Below the pieces are notes generated by a model. The model was given only the letters and a program-made list of their open reading frames with translations. It ran no database searches and had not been told where the DNA came from. A stretch of 64,000 nucleotides of DNA. Origin: Porphyridium purpureum (lineage: Eukaryota). The translations under genes were made by a program, and so were the position numbers. Below, in pieces: positions 62,948 through 64,000 of the stretch. The stretch lies in the NCBI GenBank assembly GCA_008690995.1, contig VRMN01000001.1, positions 2,914,001 to 2,978,000 on the forward strand, in the 5' to 3' direction. How positions within the stretch are numbered: position 1 is the first letter of the stretch; every line of letters begins with the position of its first letter.

Positions 62948-63595
62948 ATGGCGTTCTTTGTGGTTCTGATCTATGTGTCAGGATACCTGTCGCTGGTGCT
63001 CGCTGCGCTTAGTATGGCATGCGGCTTGTATTATATGGCCGAGTTGGCAGAGGAGCACACCTCCACCGCCAAGAGGGCGATCAAGTACCTGCTGTACGGA
63101 TTGCTGATAGCTCATGTACTGCTTCTCGTGTATGAACGCTTCCCGCCAGTGTATCCTTTGATCGGAATGGTGGCGCACGGTTCATACTTACGCCTCATGA
63201 AGGTATTTCCGCTCGTCGACCCAAAATCGGTTCCATTCTTTGCATGCGTGCTCATGTTCTGTGCGAGTAACGTGGGGTGGTTCTACATGTTCAAGACAGA
63301 GGCCGAGCGTTTTTACCAGTATCGAGTGCTCGGTGGCCCGAGCGTGAGCGCGTTCTTTGCGCTCATGGTTTGGAGCGTGCCTGTCGCGCTTTTTGTGAGC
63401 CTGACAGTCAATGACGCGATGTTACCAGGCGCTACAGATTCTCAGAGAAGCTCTGCGTCCCGATCTACCCTTGACAGAAGAGGAGGCTCAGGAAGCACCA
63501 GCAATGGCAGCTCTTTAATGACCGCCTTCTTGAGTTCTGCCAAGAGCTGGCTTGGTATTTCAGGTGGCACTTCACAAAAACACACTTTAGACTAA
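62948..63595 (+). CDS. SVP26: Svp26/TEX261 ER-Golgi cargo adaptor
   Basis: LSMACGLYYMAELAEEHT, FP and FFALMVWSVPVALFVSLTVNDAMLP. Confidence 0.92.
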   Translation: MAFFVVLIYVSGYLSLVLAALSMACGLYYMAELAEEHTSTAKRAIKYLLYGLLIAHVLLLVYERFPPVYPLIGMVAHGSYLRLMKVFPLVDPKSVPFFACVLMFCASNVGWFYMFKTEAERFYQYRVLGGPSVSAFFALMVWSVPVALFVSLTVNDAMLPGATDSQRSSASRSTLDRRGGSGSTSNGSSLMTAFLSSAKSWLGISGGTSQKHTLD

Positions 63596-63682
63596 ATGAA
63601 GATATTCTGGAACCGCGCGAAGTTTGTGCTGCGTTGTGGACGAGACTGGGAACGCCCTCCAACACAAGTACTCCCCATCGCG

Positions 63683-64000
63683 ATGAAGGTCGCGTTTTGT
63701 ACACCAATCTCGGCGTCACGGGCGGCGAGGCCATGTGCTTCAAGTACGAGCGCCCAACTTGGGCCGCAAGTGCGAGCACGCCCGCGGACGGAATCCCGCG
63801 CTCGATTCTATTTGTGCGCTGCTTCTCCACCGGATGGCGCTTTGGGTGAGAAGGACGTCTCGTGGGTGATGTTGTTCCGCCATGAGATGGCGATTAACAT
63901 CGCAGCAATTGCGGAGGCAGGGCTTCCGGTTCCGACGGGAATCAATGCTGTCGAACTGAATGTGTCGACCGTGAGGGAAGATCTGTACGCGCAGGCTCCT
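63683..64000 (+). CDS. Probable plastid-targeted protein, 3'-truncated by the window end
   Basis: Open frame MKVAFCTPISASRAARPCASS... runs off the window. AF motif plus Ser/Arg-rich transit-like region. Absent from the ORF track because no stop is reached. Confidence 0.6.
   Translation, partial: MKVAFCTPISASRAARPCASSTSAQLGPQVRARPRTESRARFYLCAASPPDGALGEKDVSWVMLFRHEMAINIAAIAEAGLPVPTGINAVELNVSTVREDLYAQAP

Noticed and set aside
118..63849. Numerous antisense and alternate-frame ORFs in the track (e.g. 646..1362, 17246..18172, 42614..43489, 50267..51016)
   Set aside because: Shadow ORFs expected in GC-rich coding DNA; no recognisable motifs.

Overview
Gene-dense, almost intron-free eukaryotic nuclear DNA. 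Intron scarcity, very short intergenic gaps and several plastid-pathway genes with MAF-type transit peptides (rbfA, ispD, a D27-like gene) suggest a unicellular red alga such as Porphyridium; this is inference, not a database match. About 31 protein genes are supported. They include PEX14 (partial), ORMDL, D27-like, DeSI1-PUL, CNNM, a C2H2 zinc finger, a 2394-aa S1/FN3 protein, an M14 peptidase, an ankyrin-DHHC (the only clear intron), a glycosyltransferase, an LRR-HlyIII fusion, ABCD, MenE/AAE14, a YeeE/YedE fusion, IspD, a GlmU N-domain enzyme, PDI, mitochondrial uL23, an RmlD-like protein, SDHAF3, a CBS protein, an RBBP9-like protein, GCPII, MscS, RbfA and SVP26. The 25-aa ribosomal protein eL41, missed by the ORF track, is also present. 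No tRNA, rRNA, CRISPR or intact mobile element was seen by eye. Most notable signals: (1) clusters of CTGTAC/GTACAG upstream of many genes, a candidate cis-element; (2) a roughly 330-nt run of back-to-back hairpins behind the eL41 micro-ORF; (3) a 67-bp tandem duplication that frameshifts the CNNM gene, either an assembly artefact or a nascent intron; (4) unusual architectures: stand-alone bacterial-type GlmU uridyltransferase beside ispD, a reverse-order YeeE fusion, an LRR-PAQR fusion and an apparently catalytically dead RBBP9. All assignments come from motif recognition by eye.
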